DNA from: a bacterium
GTDB taxonomy: Archaea > Thermoplasmatota > E2 > JACPAO01 > JAHFTW01
NCBI GenBank assembly: GCA_040390065.1
Contig: JAZJZE010000009.1
Span: 544,713 to 608,712 of the forward strand
Length of the DNA: 64,000 bases
Direction: 5' to 3'
In this document: in pieces, positions 47,933 through 58,010 of the stretch
How the letters are laid out: each line of letters begins with the position of its first letter
How positions within the stretch are numbered: position 1 is the stretch's first letter
The notes under the pieces: model-generated
Told to the model about the DNA's origin: nothing
Database searches by the model: none
What the model saw: the letters and a program-made list of their open reading frames with translations, nothing else
Translations under genes and position numbers: made by a program

Positions 47933-48613
47933 CTACAGGTCGAGTTGGAATTGCAGGTGGCCGCGGCTGTTCTGGTTCCACACGTAGGCGACGATTTGGT
48001 TGACGCCGGATTCCATGGCGGGCAGTTCGTACGTGTGCACGGACGTGTAGCAGCCGGCTTCGTCCTCGATGGGGGATGGACTTGCGGCATATGTGCCGGT
48101 GCCGCAGACGCCGACGAAGTGGCCGTTGACGAAGACGACGTAGGTGTTGTCCGCCGTGATGGCAAGCCGCGCTCCGCCCCTGGGGGCGGCTTCGCAGCCG
48201 ACGAAGGTGCGTTCGAACATGACGGGCAGGACGGTGGTCTGGTCGTTGCCGGCGCCGACATCCTCGGTCCAGATCCATTGCGCCTCGTCGATGCTCATCC
48301 AGACGTTGCGGGGGATGACGCTGATGGAGGGTTGGCGGAAGCCCATCGGGCCGCCTGCGGGGGCCGCCCACGAGGCGTTGTAGGCGTAGGTCCAGCGCGT
48401 CTGCGGGTCGCTCGTGATCGTCATGTGGCAGACGTGTTTTCCCGGCGGCTGCACGTCCGGGGCGACGGTGCGTGTCGTCGTGTTCGTGACCGTCGTGGTG
48501 AGCACCTTCGTCGTCGTGTGTGTCACCGTCTCGGCGGAACTGGAGCAACCGGCGGACGCGATGGCGGCGATGAGGAGGCAGGCGAGGGCCAGGAGGCGTG
48601 CGACGCGGCGCAT
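47933..48613 (-). CDS. Hypothetical lipoprotein with carbohydrate-binding-like beta domain
   Basis: Lipobox SAGC, Thr-rich linker, AQWIW...ITADNTYVVFVNG. Confidence 0.75.
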   Translation of the reverse strand: MRRVARLLALACLLIAAIASAGCSSSAETVTHTTTKVLTTTVTNTTTRTVAPDVQPPGKHVCHMTITSDPQTRWTYAYNASWAAPAGGPMGFRQPSISVIPRNVWMSIDEAQWIWTEDVGAGNDQTTVLPVMFERTFVGCEAAPRGGARLAITADNTYVVFVNGHFVGVCGTGTYAASPSPIEDEAGCYTSVHTYELPAMESGVNQIVAYVWNQNSRGHLQFQLDL

Positions 48614-48705
48614 GGATGATAGAAACCGGCATGGGCCTTAGGCTGTTCGGGATAGGTTCGGCGGCGACCGACCGGTCGTTTCCCCGTTCGGCGTATGGGA
48701 CTACA

Positions 48706-48845
48706 CGGGCCCATCGAGATTCGGCGCGGCGGCCACGCGAGCGCGGCCGCAGCGTTTCCTCGGCCCCGAGGCCTCGGCGAATCCCGATGTTCCCGGCCCG
48801 CGCGGCGCTACGCGGGCCGCACGCGAGCGGGCCCATCGAGATTCG
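48706..48845. repeat. 18-bp direct repeats flanking GC-rich palindromic insert
   Basis: CGGGCCCATCGAGATTCG at 48706-48723 and 48828-48845. Confidence 0.85.
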
Positions 48846-48962
48846 AACTCGAGTCTGAAGCTCCGGAGGCTTCTGTGCTATCCAAGCTACACTATAGGCC
48901 CAGTGCCGCAAGTCGCCCCGCGGCAACGCGCCGACTCGGGGCGTCCATAAAAGCGTGCGCGG

Positions 48963-49973
48963 CTAGGTGGGTCGGTCTGGCTTGTCCGGCTTTGCCGGCG
49001 GGTCGGCACCCGTGCCGTCGCCGTTTCGGTGTTCGCCCTTCCCGGCCATCCGCGATAGCACGTAGGCGAATTCGTGGCGTACGGCGGCGATGAAGAACAG
49101 GAGCACGATGAGGCTGGAGAGGATGAGGAGCGGCCCGAGCCATGGCGTCGTGGACTCGGCCTGTCCGGCCTGCACGAGTTCTTGCTGCGAGCCACGAACG
49201 AAGCCGCGGAAGGCTGCGGGGGCGGCCAGAAAGAGTGCGATGAAGATGAGGACGACGAGGCATGCGGCGACGACGGCGCCTTCCCAGCCGCGTGGCATGA
49301 GGCGGTTGTAGTGGCGGGCGACGTGTTGCCGGCGTGGCCAGGCGATGAGGAGCGTGATGATGAGGACGACGGCGACGATGGTGATGGCGATCCAGTGGTC
49401 GATGAACCAGGCTTCGAGGCCCTTGTAGGCCTTGGCGGGTCCGCTGTCGGGGCGCCGGGCGGTGAGGTATGCGCCGTAGGCGAGGACGAAGTTGAACAGG
49501 AGGGCGCCGATGGTGGAGAGGAACGTGAACAGCCAGACGTTCATGCGGGCGAGGCCGGCGGGGATGCTGACGAAGGCGCGCAGGAACGGCAGCAGGCGGC
49601 ACGCGAAGACGAGGAAGGCGCCGCTCGGCCGGCGGAAGACTCCTTCGAGGCGGTCGAGTTTGGCTTCGTCCATGTGGAAGAAGCGCTTGTGCTTCAGGAT
49701 GAAGGGTCGGCCTCCATACAGGGCGGCCCAGTACGGGATCATGGAGCCGATTGCGGCGCCGATGGTGCCGACGAAGATGACGGCCAGAAGACGTGCCGCG
49801 GGGTCTTGGTCGGGGACGACGGCGAGGGTGCCGACGGTCATGATGAGTTCGCTTGGAACGCCGTGCAGGATCATGCCGGTCTCGAGTAGCATGAGGACGA
49901 AGATGGCCCACAGGCCGTAGTGCTGGAGGAATTGGATCGACCAATCCACGATGCCCTGGAAGATGTCGAGCAT
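48963..49973 (-). CDS. DedA family membrane protein
   Basis: LMLLE...PSELIM...YGGRPF...RLLPFLRAFVSIPAG. Confidence 0.93.
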   Translation of the reverse strand: MLDIFQGIVDWSIQFLQHYGLWAIFVLMLLETGMILHGVPSELIMTVGTLAVVPDQDPAARLLAVIFVGTIGAAIGSMIPYWAALYGGRPFILKHKRFFHMDEAKLDRLEGVFRRPSGAFLVFACRLLPFLRAFVSIPAGLARMNVWLFTFLSTIGALLFNFVLAYGAYLTARRPDSGPAKAYKGLEAWFIDHWIAITIVAVVLIITLLIAWPRRQHVARHYNRLMPRGWEGAVVAACLVVLIFIALFLAAPAAFRGFVRGSQQELVQAGQAESTTPWLGPLLILSSLIVLLFFIAAVRHEFAYVLSRMAGKGEHRNGDGTGADPPAKPDKPDRPT

Positions 49974-50025
49974 TCCTCAATCCGTCCAGTGGCGTCTTGT
50001 CCTTAATGCCACCGTCGGCCGCCCT

Positions 50026-51531
50026 CTACTTGACCTGAGGGAAGGGCAGGACCTGCTTGATGGAGTCGATGGCCAATATGGTCATGACCAGGCGGTCCAC
50101 TCCGATGCCCAGGCCGCCCGCCGGGGGCATGCCGTGCTTGAGGGCTTGGATGAAGTCGGTGTCCGTGGGCTGCGCTTCGTCGTCGCCGCCGGCGCGTCGC
50201 GCCTCCTGCTCGGCGAACAGCTTCGCTTGCAGGTACGGGTCGTTGAGTTCCGAGTAGGAGTTGGCGTGCTCGCGGCCGCCGATGAAGAGCTCGAAGCGTT
50301 CCACCAGGGTCGGGTCCTTGCGGTGAGCCTTGCAAAGCGGCGTCGTCTCACGCGGGTGGTCGATGACGAACGTGGGCTGGATGAGCTTCGCCTCGGCGAA
50401 GACCTCGAAGAGCTTGGCGACGGCGAGTCCGCGGTTGTAGCCGCCACGGATCACGACGTGGTGCTCGGCAAGGATGCGTTGGATGTCCTCGTCGGTCGCC
50501 GTGTCCGGGTCGGGGCCGCCGTGGGCGCGGATGGCATCCTTCATGGTCACGACGGCAAACGGCTTGGCGAAGTCGAGTGACTCCGTCCCTTCGCGCGTCA
50601 CCGTCGGAGCGCCGTGCACTGCGATGACCGCCTGGCGCACCAGTTTCTCCGTGAGGCGCATCATGTCGTGGTAGTCCCAGTACGCGGCGTAGCATTCCAG
50701 GAGCGTGAACTCGGGGTTGTGCGTCGTGTCGATGTCCTCGTTGCGGAATGCCGGGCCGATGTGGTAGACGCGTTCGAGGCCGCCGACGAGGAGCTTCTTG
50801 AGGGCCAGTTCGTGGCTGATGCGCAGGAACATGGAGGCGTCCTTTGCGTTGGAGTGCGTCACGAATGGCTTGGCGTTTGCGCCGCCGTAGACTTTCTCCA
50901 GGACCGGGATCGCAGCCTCGACGAAGCCAGCCTTCTCCATGGTCGTGCGCAGCGTCGACGTGATGCGGGCGCGGTTGAGGAACACGGCGCGTTCTTTGAC
51001 GCCCTGCATGAGGTTGAGGTACGGCCGGCCGAAGCGCAACTCGGGGTTGTCCGACTTGCCAAGGTCGGCAAACGGCACGAGGGCCTTGGCCAGCAGCGTC
51101 ACTTTTTCCGCGCCGATCGAGGGCTCGCCGCGCTTCGACCGCATCGGGTACCCCTTGACGCCGACGAAGTCGCCCTCGTTCAGCAGGTGAAGAGCGCCAT
51201 CGAAGTCGGCGTCGCCCATCTCGGCGCGGTCGAGGATGGCCTGGATCTTGCCTGATTGGCCTTCGATGTCGAGGAATGCGATGCCGCCGGAGCCGCGCTT
51301 GGCGCGCAATCGGCCGGCGACTTTGTGGCGCTTCTTGGCCGCGTTGCCCTTCTCGCCGGGCTGGAAGGCGGCCTCAATCTTCGCCCGTAGTTTCGCGAGG
51401 TCGGTCTCGGCGGGAAACGAGTACGGCCAGGCCTTCTTGCCGAGGGCGAGGACTTTCTTGACCTGTTCCGGGTCGACGTCTCGCAGTAGTGCTACGACAT
51501 CCTCCACCGTCGGCTGGGGCGGTTTGGCCAC
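50026..51531 (-). CDS. lysS: Lysyl-tRNA synthetase, class II
   Basis: YGGANAKPF, FRNEDIDTTHNPEFT, NSYSELNDP and GMPPAGGLGIGVDRL motifs. Confidence 0.96.
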   Translation of the reverse strand: MAKPPQPTVEDVVALLRDVDPEQVKKVLALGKKAWPYSFPAETDLAKLRAKIEAAFQPGEKGNAAKKRHKVAGRLRAKRGSGGIAFLDIEGQSGKIQAILDRAEMGDADFDGALHLLNEGDFVGVKGYPMRSKRGEPSIGAEKVTLLAKALVPFADLGKSDNPELRFGRPYLNLMQGVKERAVFLNRARITSTLRTTMEKAGFVEAAIPVLEKVYGGANAKPFVTHSNAKDASMFLRISHELALKKLLVGGLERVYHIGPAFRNEDIDTTHNPEFTLLECYAAYWDYHDMMRLTEKLVRQAVIAVHGAPTVTREGTESLDFAKPFAVVTMKDAIRAHGGPDPDTATDEDIQRILAEHHVVIRGGYNRGLAVAKLFEVFAEAKLIQPTFVIDHPRETTPLCKAHRKDPTLVERFELFIGGREHANSYSELNDPYLQAKLFAEQEARRAGGDDEAQPTDTDFIQALKHGMPPAGGLGIGVDRLVMTILAIDSIKQVLPFPQVK

Positions 51532-51641
51532 GAGGGCTTGCGACGGGAGGATTCTATTTGAAGGAAATCCGCCGGCCGGGGTCCCTCAACCGGCCTTGAG
51601 GCAACCCTTTTGCGGTTTCCATTTTCCTTGACAAACTACAA

Positions 51642-52589
51642 TTGGGCTTGAACCGCGCGGCCATTGCCATCCTGGCCCTGTACGGCTGCGCGCTTGCGGC
51701 AGGACAGGCCTCGGGGACGTTTGCCGACTCCGCCGGCTTCTCGGGCCGCAACGGCTTCACTTGCGTCTCGTGCCACCAGCCGCCAAGTCCCACGAATGAC
51801 GCCCTCGCACACCTCGACGGCTTGCCTACAGCATGGGATTTGGGCGTCTCGTACGACCTCACGATCCGCGTGACTGGCGGCCCGCCTGGCATGCCTGCTC
51901 CGCAACCGCAAGGCGGCTTCGACCTGGCCGTCAGTTCTGGTCGGCTTTCGGGCGACCCGCAGCTCCTGCGCACTCCATCGCACGACGAGATCACGTACCG
52001 GCCGGCCGGCACGATGCAACGCGAATGGCACGTCACATGGCAGGCGCCCAATCTTGCGGTTCAACCCACGGCGATCCATTTCTGGCTGGCGGTCCTCGCG
52101 GCCAACGGGAACCACGTCGTGGCCACCAACACGTCGGATTCGGGCGAGACCCTGGATGCCGCCGCGGCCCTGCAAGTCGACGTGCCGCCGTCGGCCGCAA
52201 CCGTCGCCGCGTGGCAGGGCTTGCCGCTGCGCGCTCCGTCCGCCACGCCCTTGCTGCAGGCCACTTGGATCGTCGACGGCGAGCAGCGCGACTTGAACGC
52301 AACGGGAATCGGCCTGCGCCTCGATGGCGGCTCCTGGATTTCCCGTGACGCGGGCTCGCAGTGGCGCGTCCTCATCCCTGACTCTGCCAGCCACGTCCTC
52401 GAGGTGAGGTCGGAAGGGGCCGGCCGAGAATCTCCAGTCGTCACATTGCATATGGCCTTGCCATCGGCCGCCACGGACCACACGCCTGACGGCGCGGCGC
52501 ACACGTCGCCGGCCGTCGGACCCGCTTTCTCCCTCGTCGCCCTGCTGGGCGCCACGCGCTTGCTCGCCATTCGGAGACCTCGACCATGA
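51642..52589 (+). CDS. Secreted Reeler-like protein with CxxCH and C-terminal TM/sorting signal
   Basis: GFTCVSCH, GGFDL...WHVTWQAP...FWLAVLAANGN; C-terminal hydrophobic segment plus RR. Confidence 0.72.
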   Translation: MGLNRAAIAILALYGCALAAGQASGTFADSAGFSGRNGFTCVSCHQPPSPTNDALAHLDGLPTAWDLGVSYDLTIRVTGGPPGMPAPQPQGGFDLAVSSGRLSGDPQLLRTPSHDEITYRPAGTMQREWHVTWQAPNLAVQPTAIHFWLAVLAANGNHVVATNTSDSGETLDAAAALQVDVPPSAATVAAWQGLPLRAPSATPLLQATWIVDGEQRDLNATGIGLRLDGGSWISRDAGSQWRVLIPDSASHVLEVRSEGAGRESPVVTLHMALPSAATDHTPDGAAHTSPAVGPAFSLVALLGATRLLAIRRPRP

Positions 52590-53731
52590 CCAACCTGACC
52601 GGAACCACGCTCGCCATCGCTCTTGCCATCGTCCTTGCTGGCTGCAGCTCCACACCAGCCCATCCCTCGGCGTCGACGCATGTGGGCTTCGCTTTCGGCG
52701 GCGCCCACGCGGACATCGCGGCGGACGTCCCCTTCGATGGGGCGGCCCGGCCGGCAGATTCGTACTTCCGGGACAACGGCGTCACCCACACGAGCTACAC
52801 GGCCTTCGACCAGCTCGTCCAGTGGTCAACGGCCAGCGGCACGCCCATCGTCGTGCGGCACTTCAGTTTCGGTTTCTGCCTCGACAAGGTGGGCGGCGCG
52901 CCGGACAAGGGCTCCTGTGAAGCCGGCGCCAACGCGTACTGGTCCCTGGCAGTGAACGGCACCGAGTCGCAAGTCGGCATGGACGCCGTCACGCTGCACG
53001 CGGCCGACTCCGTGTCGTGGACTCTCACGAGCATCGCGCCGATGTCGACGCCCTCCGCACCCGCGTCGCCCCCAGTCACGTCGACCAATCCTCCTGCCCC
53101 CACGTCCGACACCGTCGCATTCTCCGCACCGACCAACGTCACGGTCCACCAAGGCGTCGCCGTCATCAACGGCACGGCGCCCGCTGGCGTCCTGTCCTTC
53201 AAGGCTGACGCCGATGCCGGCCCGGGGGCCTTCACACGCGGCGCGGGCGGCTCCTACGCGCTGACACTCCCCGTCGCGGCCGGCCAGACCAACGTCACGG
53301 TGACGTTCGACGACGGCAAGGTCCCGACCTCTCACTCGCTCGTCGTCACCCGCCTCGTGCAAGGGACGATGCAGGTGGACTTCCGCGGCGTTCCCGGGCA
53401 CGCCAATCGCAACGACGCCGTCTGGATCGACGTCGACGGCCGCGCCTCGGCGAGTTACTACCAAGGCCAGAGCGTTGCGCACCCCAGTTTCGCGAACGTG
53501 CACGACCTCATGGTGGCATGGACGGCGGCGACCGACGTCCCCGTCGTGTACAAGCCGCACGCCACGTTTGGGCAGCAGGTCATGCAGATCGACGGCGTTG
53601 GCGACGTGACAGGCAACTCGGCGGCATTCTGGTGCTACAAGGTCAACGGTTCCTCGAACGTCCTTGGCATCACGAGCCAGCCGTTTGCGCCAGGCGACGT
53701 CGTGTCGTGGAGCCTCGGCTCGGTCTGCTAG
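52586..53731 (+). CDS. Lipoprotein with two DUF4430 (transcobalamin beta-domain-like) repeats
   Basis: Lipobox LAGC; YWSLAVNGTESQVG...DSVSW and FWCYKVNGSSNVLG...GDVVSW. Confidence 0.8.
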   Translation: MTNLTGTTLAIALAIVLAGCSSTPAHPSASTHVGFAFGGAHADIAADVPFDGAARPADSYFRDNGVTHTSYTAFDQLVQWSTASGTPIVVRHFSFGFCLDKVGGAPDKGSCEAGANAYWSLAVNGTESQVGMDAVTLHAADSVSWTLTSIAPMSTPSAPASPPVTSTNPPAPTSDTVAFSAPTNVTVHQGVAVINGTAPAGVLSFKADADAGPGAFTRGAGGSYALTLPVAAGQTNVTVTFDDGKVPTSHSLVVTRLVQGTMQVDFRGVPGHANRNDAVWIDVDGRASASYYQGQSVAHPSFANVHDLMVAWTAATDVPVVYKPHATFGQQVMQIDGVGDVTGNSAAFWCYKVNGSSNVLGITSQPFAPGDVVSWSLGSVC

Positions 53732-53817
53732 ACGTCATTGCCGCCAGCACAGCGTAGTTGAGGCGGACCGTCGCAACGCCCAGAAGACTCAAGCACCCGG
53801 ACCGTCGAAGGGAATGC

Positions 53818-54123
53818 ATGGACGCGCAACGCCCGAAGCACGGCCACGGCCTGTGGTTCACCATCGTAGGGATTCTCCTCATGGTCATCGGGACCTGGGC
53901 CTTCCAGCAGGGAGCCATCCAGAACAGCACCGGCACGACGCTCTGCGTCGACACGTTCCACTACTGCCAGGTGCAGATGTCGACGGCAGGGACGTCCATG
54001 CAGCTCGCGGCACTCTTTGCCTTCCTGGGAAGCGGCATCCTGCTGACACTCGGGGTCGTGTCGTTCGTGCCGCAGTGGCAGCCCTTGGGCGGCGCCGACT
54101 CTGCCCGACGGCCCCATCCTTAG
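53818..54123 (+). CDS. Small 2-TM hypothetical protein
   Basis: Two TM segments flanking a Cys-containing loop. Confidence 0.65.
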   Translation: MDAQRPKHGHGLWFTIVGILLMVIGTWAFQQGAIQNSTGTTLCVDTFHYCQVQMSTAGTSMQLAALFAFLGSGILLTLGVVSFVPQWQPLGGADSARRPHP

Positions 54124-55640
54124 GCCGTACGGACCGTGGTTTCGCGGCTCTCGAACTCCGCGTCCAACTGGTATCCGCCGACCTTCACGCGCTGCAGGCC
54201 AGTGCGGGCCGACAGGGCAGCGTCCTTCGGGACGGCGAACCCCGCCTCGTGCCGGTGCACGATGATGTCACGGATGGCGTGGTCCGGCAGACGCGTCGCG
54301 TCCGAGACCAGGCGGTGTAGCAGGAACGGTGTCAGGCCGTCGGCCTTGCCCGCGTTGACGCGCACGTGCACGTTGCCGTACTTGTCGGCCAGTTCGTCCC
54401 AGTCCGTCTTGCGCTCGATGCGGTCGGGCTTGCTGCCCTTGCTCTCGGGCGGCATCGACTCCGGGATCTCGCGGCCGATGAGCATCTCGATGCGCTTCAG
54501 CAGCGGCTTGTCGTCGAGGCTGACGAACGAGATGGACTTGCCCTTGCGGCCGGCGCGGCCCGTGCGGCCGATGCGGTGCACGTAGATTTCGGGCTCCGTC
54601 TCCGGCAGGTCGTAGTTGATGACGTGGGTGATGCGGTCGATGTCGAGGCCGCGGGCCGCGACGTCGGTGGCGATGAGGACCTTGACGTGGCCGGCGTCGA
54701 AGTCGGCCAAGACGCGTTCGCGCTTCGACTGCGGCAGGTCGCCGTGCAGCGCCTCCGCCTTGTAGCCCCAACGCGACAGGTCGTCGCGCAGGCGGTCGCA
54801 CATCATCTTCGTGGCGCAGAAGACGAGGACGAGGTCCTGCTCCGGCTCGTTGTCGAGGATGCGGCAGAGCGCCCAGTGCTTGTTGCGGCGGCCGACGGGA
54901 TAGTACACCTGCTCGATTTCGGGGACCGTGAGTTCGTCCGCACTGACGCGCACGAACTGCGGCTGCACCATGAAGCGGCGCGTGAGGCCCTTGATCTCCT
55001 CGGCCAAGGTCGCGCTGAACAGGAGCGTCTGCCGGTGGTGCTTGCCCGGCATGGACTTGAGGATCTTCTCGACGTCAGGCAGGAAGCCCATGTCGAGCAT
55101 GCGGTCGGCTTCGTCCAAGACCAGCAGTTTGGTCTGGCTGAGGTCGAGGGTGCCGCGCTCCATGTGGTCCATGATGCGGCCGGGCGTTCCGACGACGCAG
55201 TGGACGCCGTGCTTGAGGGCCTTGTCCTGGACTTCGTAGCCGGCGCCGCCGTAGACGCAGACGACGCGGAACTCGCGTCCATGCGCGTACTTTTCGAGCT
55301 CGTCGGTGATCTGCAGCGCCAGTTCACGCGTCGGCGCCAGGATCAACGCCTGCACGTGCGTCAGCTTCGGGTCGTACGTCTCGATGATGGGCAGCCCGAA
55401 GGCCGCCGTCTTGCCGGTGCCCGTGCGGGCCTGGCCGATGACGTCGACGCCCTGCAGCAGCAGGGGGATGGTCTTCTCCTGGATGGGCGTCGGATGCTGG
55501 AACCCGATGCGGTCCAGGGCAGCGATGGTGGCGGGGCTGAGCTTCAGGTCCGCAAACGTCGCCTTGAGGTCGACCATCTTCTGGTGCGACGGGTCGAGCT
55601 TGAGTTTCATTCCCTTCGGGATGGGGGCATGCGATGACAT
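54120..55640 (-). CDS. DEAD-box RNA helicase with DbpA-type C-terminal domain
   Basis: Q motif, ARTGTGKT, PTRELA, DEAD, SAT and HRIGRTGRAG. Confidence 0.96.
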   Translation of the reverse strand: MSSHAPIPKGMKLKLDPSHQKMVDLKATFADLKLSPATIAALDRIGFQHPTPIQEKTIPLLLQGVDVIGQARTGTGKTAAFGLPIIETYDPKLTHVQALILAPTRELALQITDELEKYAHGREFRVVCVYGGAGYEVQDKALKHGVHCVVGTPGRIMDHMERGTLDLSQTKLLVLDEADRMLDMGFLPDVEKILKSMPGKHHRQTLLFSATLAEEIKGLTRRFMVQPQFVRVSADELTVPEIEQVYYPVGRRNKHWALCRILDNEPEQDLVLVFCATKMMCDRLRDDLSRWGYKAEALHGDLPQSKRERVLADFDAGHVKVLIATDVAARGLDIDRITHVINYDLPETEPEIYVHRIGRTGRAGRKGKSISFVSLDDKPLLKRIEMLIGREIPESMPPESKGSKPDRIERKTDWDELADKYGNVHVRVNAGKADGLTPFLLHRLVSDATRLPDHAIRDIIVHRHEAGFAVPKDAALSARTGLQRVKVGGYQLDAEFESRETTVRTA

Positions 55641-55840
55641 GGAAATCACGTGCCGCGTCCTTGCCTTGTCCGACAAATGGGCGTCGGATGGCTTTGCGGC
55701 CCACGCGGCGGGGCTTCGCTTCCGGTCTGGGACTGGCCCGGTTCTTAAAGGGGTTGGGGTGCGACGGAGGGTGGGGACAGCCGTGGCGCGGCCGGTGGAG
55801 GGCGCAGCGTGACATGGCTCCGTCCAAATAGCGCGGCGCC

Positions 55841-57961
55841 ATGCAAATGGGCGTGCCCGGACCTGGGGAACTCGCAGTGGCACCCGCTCCCCTTCCGGCT
55901 GATGCCAAGCGGCCTTCCCCCAAGTCTCGAGGACGCAGGCCGCGCAGAGGCCTCGGCCGCTGGTTGCAGAACCTGCGCATCTCACGCAAGCTCGCCGTCG
56001 TCATCATCGTCCACCTCCTGCATGCCACCGTCCTGCTAGCCGTGACGGCGTATGGCGTCAAGGCGGTCGATGCCAGCCGAGCCTGGGTCGACGGCGAAGG
56101 TTTCTGGTCGAAAGCGCAGAAGGAGGCCGTCGTGCAACTCCTCACGTACGCCGACTCCGGAGACGAAGCGACCTTCCACGCCGCGATGGCGCAGTTCAAC
56201 GTCACCCTCGGTGACCGCCAAGCGCGACTTGAACTGGAGAAAGCGTCCCCCAACCTCGACGTCGCGCGCGCCGGCTTCATCCAGGCGCGCAACCACCCGA
56301 GCGATGTCGGGAACATGATCTGGCTGTTCCAGACCTTCCGGCATGAATCGCACATCGACCACGCCATCGCCATCTGGACGCGGGCCGAAGACGACGGCAT
56401 CCAACCCCTGCTGGCACTGGCCGCGCAGCTGCACGCCCAACGCAGCGCGCCCTCGCCGGACCCGGACGCAATCCATGTCACCGTCGACCAGATCCTGGTC
56501 CTCAACACCTTCCTCGAAGGCCTCGAGCACGAGTTCTCGTCCACCCTCGGCGACGGGGCCCGCTTCATCAATCTCGTCGTCATCTGGGGCACCGTCGGCC
56601 TCACCGTGCTGTTCGTCGGCAGCGCCCTTCTCGTGTCCGCCATCGTGGCCCGCCAGATCACACGCTCGCTTGGCCAGGTCAAGGCCGGCGCCGAACGGAT
56701 GGCAAAGGGCGAGACCGGCGTGCAGATCGAGGTGGAGGGCCGCGATGACGTCGCCCAGGTGGCGCAGGCGTTCAACTCCATGAGCGACCAGTTGGGCAAG
56801 AGCATGGTCGAACGCGAGCGCCATGCGTCGGTCCTGGAGGCCACCCTGGAATCCACGGCGGACGGGTTGCTGGTCGCGGACGGCGCCGGGCATATCGTGC
56901 AGTTGAACAAGAACTTCCTCACCATGTGGGGAATCCCGCCCGAGATTGCGGCGGCGCGCGACGATGACCGGGCGCTGGCCTTCGTCGTCGGTCAGCTCGT
57001 CGCTCCAGAGGCCTTCCTCGCGAAGGTCAAGGCCCTCTACGCGGACCCCGAGGCCGACAGTTTCGATCTCCTGCATTTCAAGGACGGCCGCGTCTTCGAG
57101 CGGTACTCGCGGCCGCAGCGCATCGCCGGCCGGACGGTCGGGCGCGTCTGGAGCTTCCGGGACATTACCGAACGCGTCAAGGCGGAGGAGCAGAGCCGCC
57201 GCGCCCTTGTCGAGGCTGAAGAGAACAGGAGGCTGCGCGACCTCGATCTCCTGAAATCGGACTTCATCAATTCGGCGGCACACGAGTTGCGCACACCCAT
57301 GACGCCCATCCGCGCCGAGATGCACATGCTGCGCGCCCGCAAGGCGGACCTCGATCCGCAGACCTTGCGCTCCGTCGAGCTCTTGGACCGGAATCTAGAG
57401 CGGCTCGCGCGCCTCGTCGAGGACGTCCTCGAAGGCTCGCGCCTGCAGTCGGGACAGCTCAGCGTGAAGCGGGTCCCGATGGACCTGGCCAAGACCGTCC
57501 TCGAATGCGTCGAGGCGTTCGAGACGGCCGCGACCGCGAAGGGCGTCCGCCTGACGTGCGCCGCCGAGCCGGCACCGGTCGACGGCGACGACCAGCGCCT
57601 GTCGCAAGTGGTCCTCAACCTCCTCAACAACGCGCTCAAGTTCACGCCGGCCGGCGGATTGGTCGCCGTCGAGGTCCGCCGGGGGCCGCAGGTCGTGACG
57701 GTCACCGTAAGCGACACCGGCATCGGCGTGCCGGAGGACAAGCATGCGCGATTGTTCCGGCCGTTTAGCCAACTGCACGAGGAGGCCGGCCTGCGCAAAT
57801 CGGGGACGGGGCTGGGACTGTACATCTCGAAGGGCATCGTCGAGCTGCACGGCGGTACGATCGGTTACACAAATCGCGCCGATGGCCCGGGCAGCGCCTT
57901 CTTCTTCACGGTTCCGTGCCAGGGCATCGCCACGCAGGCGGCATCGAAGTCCGCGTCATGA
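55841..57961 (+). CDS. Membrane sensor histidine kinase (HAMP-PAS-HisKA-HATPase)
   Basis: HELRTP, NLLNNALKFT, DTGIG and GTGLGL boxes. Confidence 0.93.
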   Translation: MQMGVPGPGELAVAPAPLPADAKRPSPKSRGRRPRRGLGRWLQNLRISRKLAVVIIVHLLHATVLLAVTAYGVKAVDASRAWVDGEGFWSKAQKEAVVQLLTYADSGDEATFHAAMAQFNVTLGDRQARLELEKASPNLDVARAGFIQARNHPSDVGNMIWLFQTFRHESHIDHAIAIWTRAEDDGIQPLLALAAQLHAQRSAPSPDPDAIHVTVDQILVLNTFLEGLEHEFSSTLGDGARFINLVVIWGTVGLTVLFVGSALLVSAIVARQITRSLGQVKAGAERMAKGETGVQIEVEGRDDVAQVAQAFNSMSDQLGKSMVERERHASVLEATLESTADGLLVADGAGHIVQLNKNFLTMWGIPPEIAAARDDDRALAFVVGQLVAPEAFLAKVKALYADPEADSFDLLHFKDGRVFERYSRPQRIAGRTVGRVWSFRDITERVKAEEQSRRALVEAEENRRLRDLDLLKSDFINSAAHELRTPMTPIRAEMHMLRARKADLDPQTLRSVELLDRNLERLARLVEDVLEGSRLQSGQLSVKRVPMDLAKTVLECVEAFETAATAKGVRLTCAAEPAPVDGDDQRLSQVVLNLLNNALKFTPAGGLVAVEVRRGPQVVTVTVSDTGIGVPEDKHARLFRPFSQLHEEAGLRKSGTGLGLYISKGIVELHGGTIGYTNRADGPGSAFFFTVPCQGIATQAASKSAS

Positions 57962-58010
57962 CGTGCAGGTGAATGGACGCCGCGCATGGCCCACCCACGC
58001 GGCAGCGTCG

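Noticed and set aside
51535-51641. Cobalamin riboswitch upstream of the DUF4430 operon
   Set aside because: The gap is short and I see no B12-box (GCCACUG / AGYCRG) motifs.
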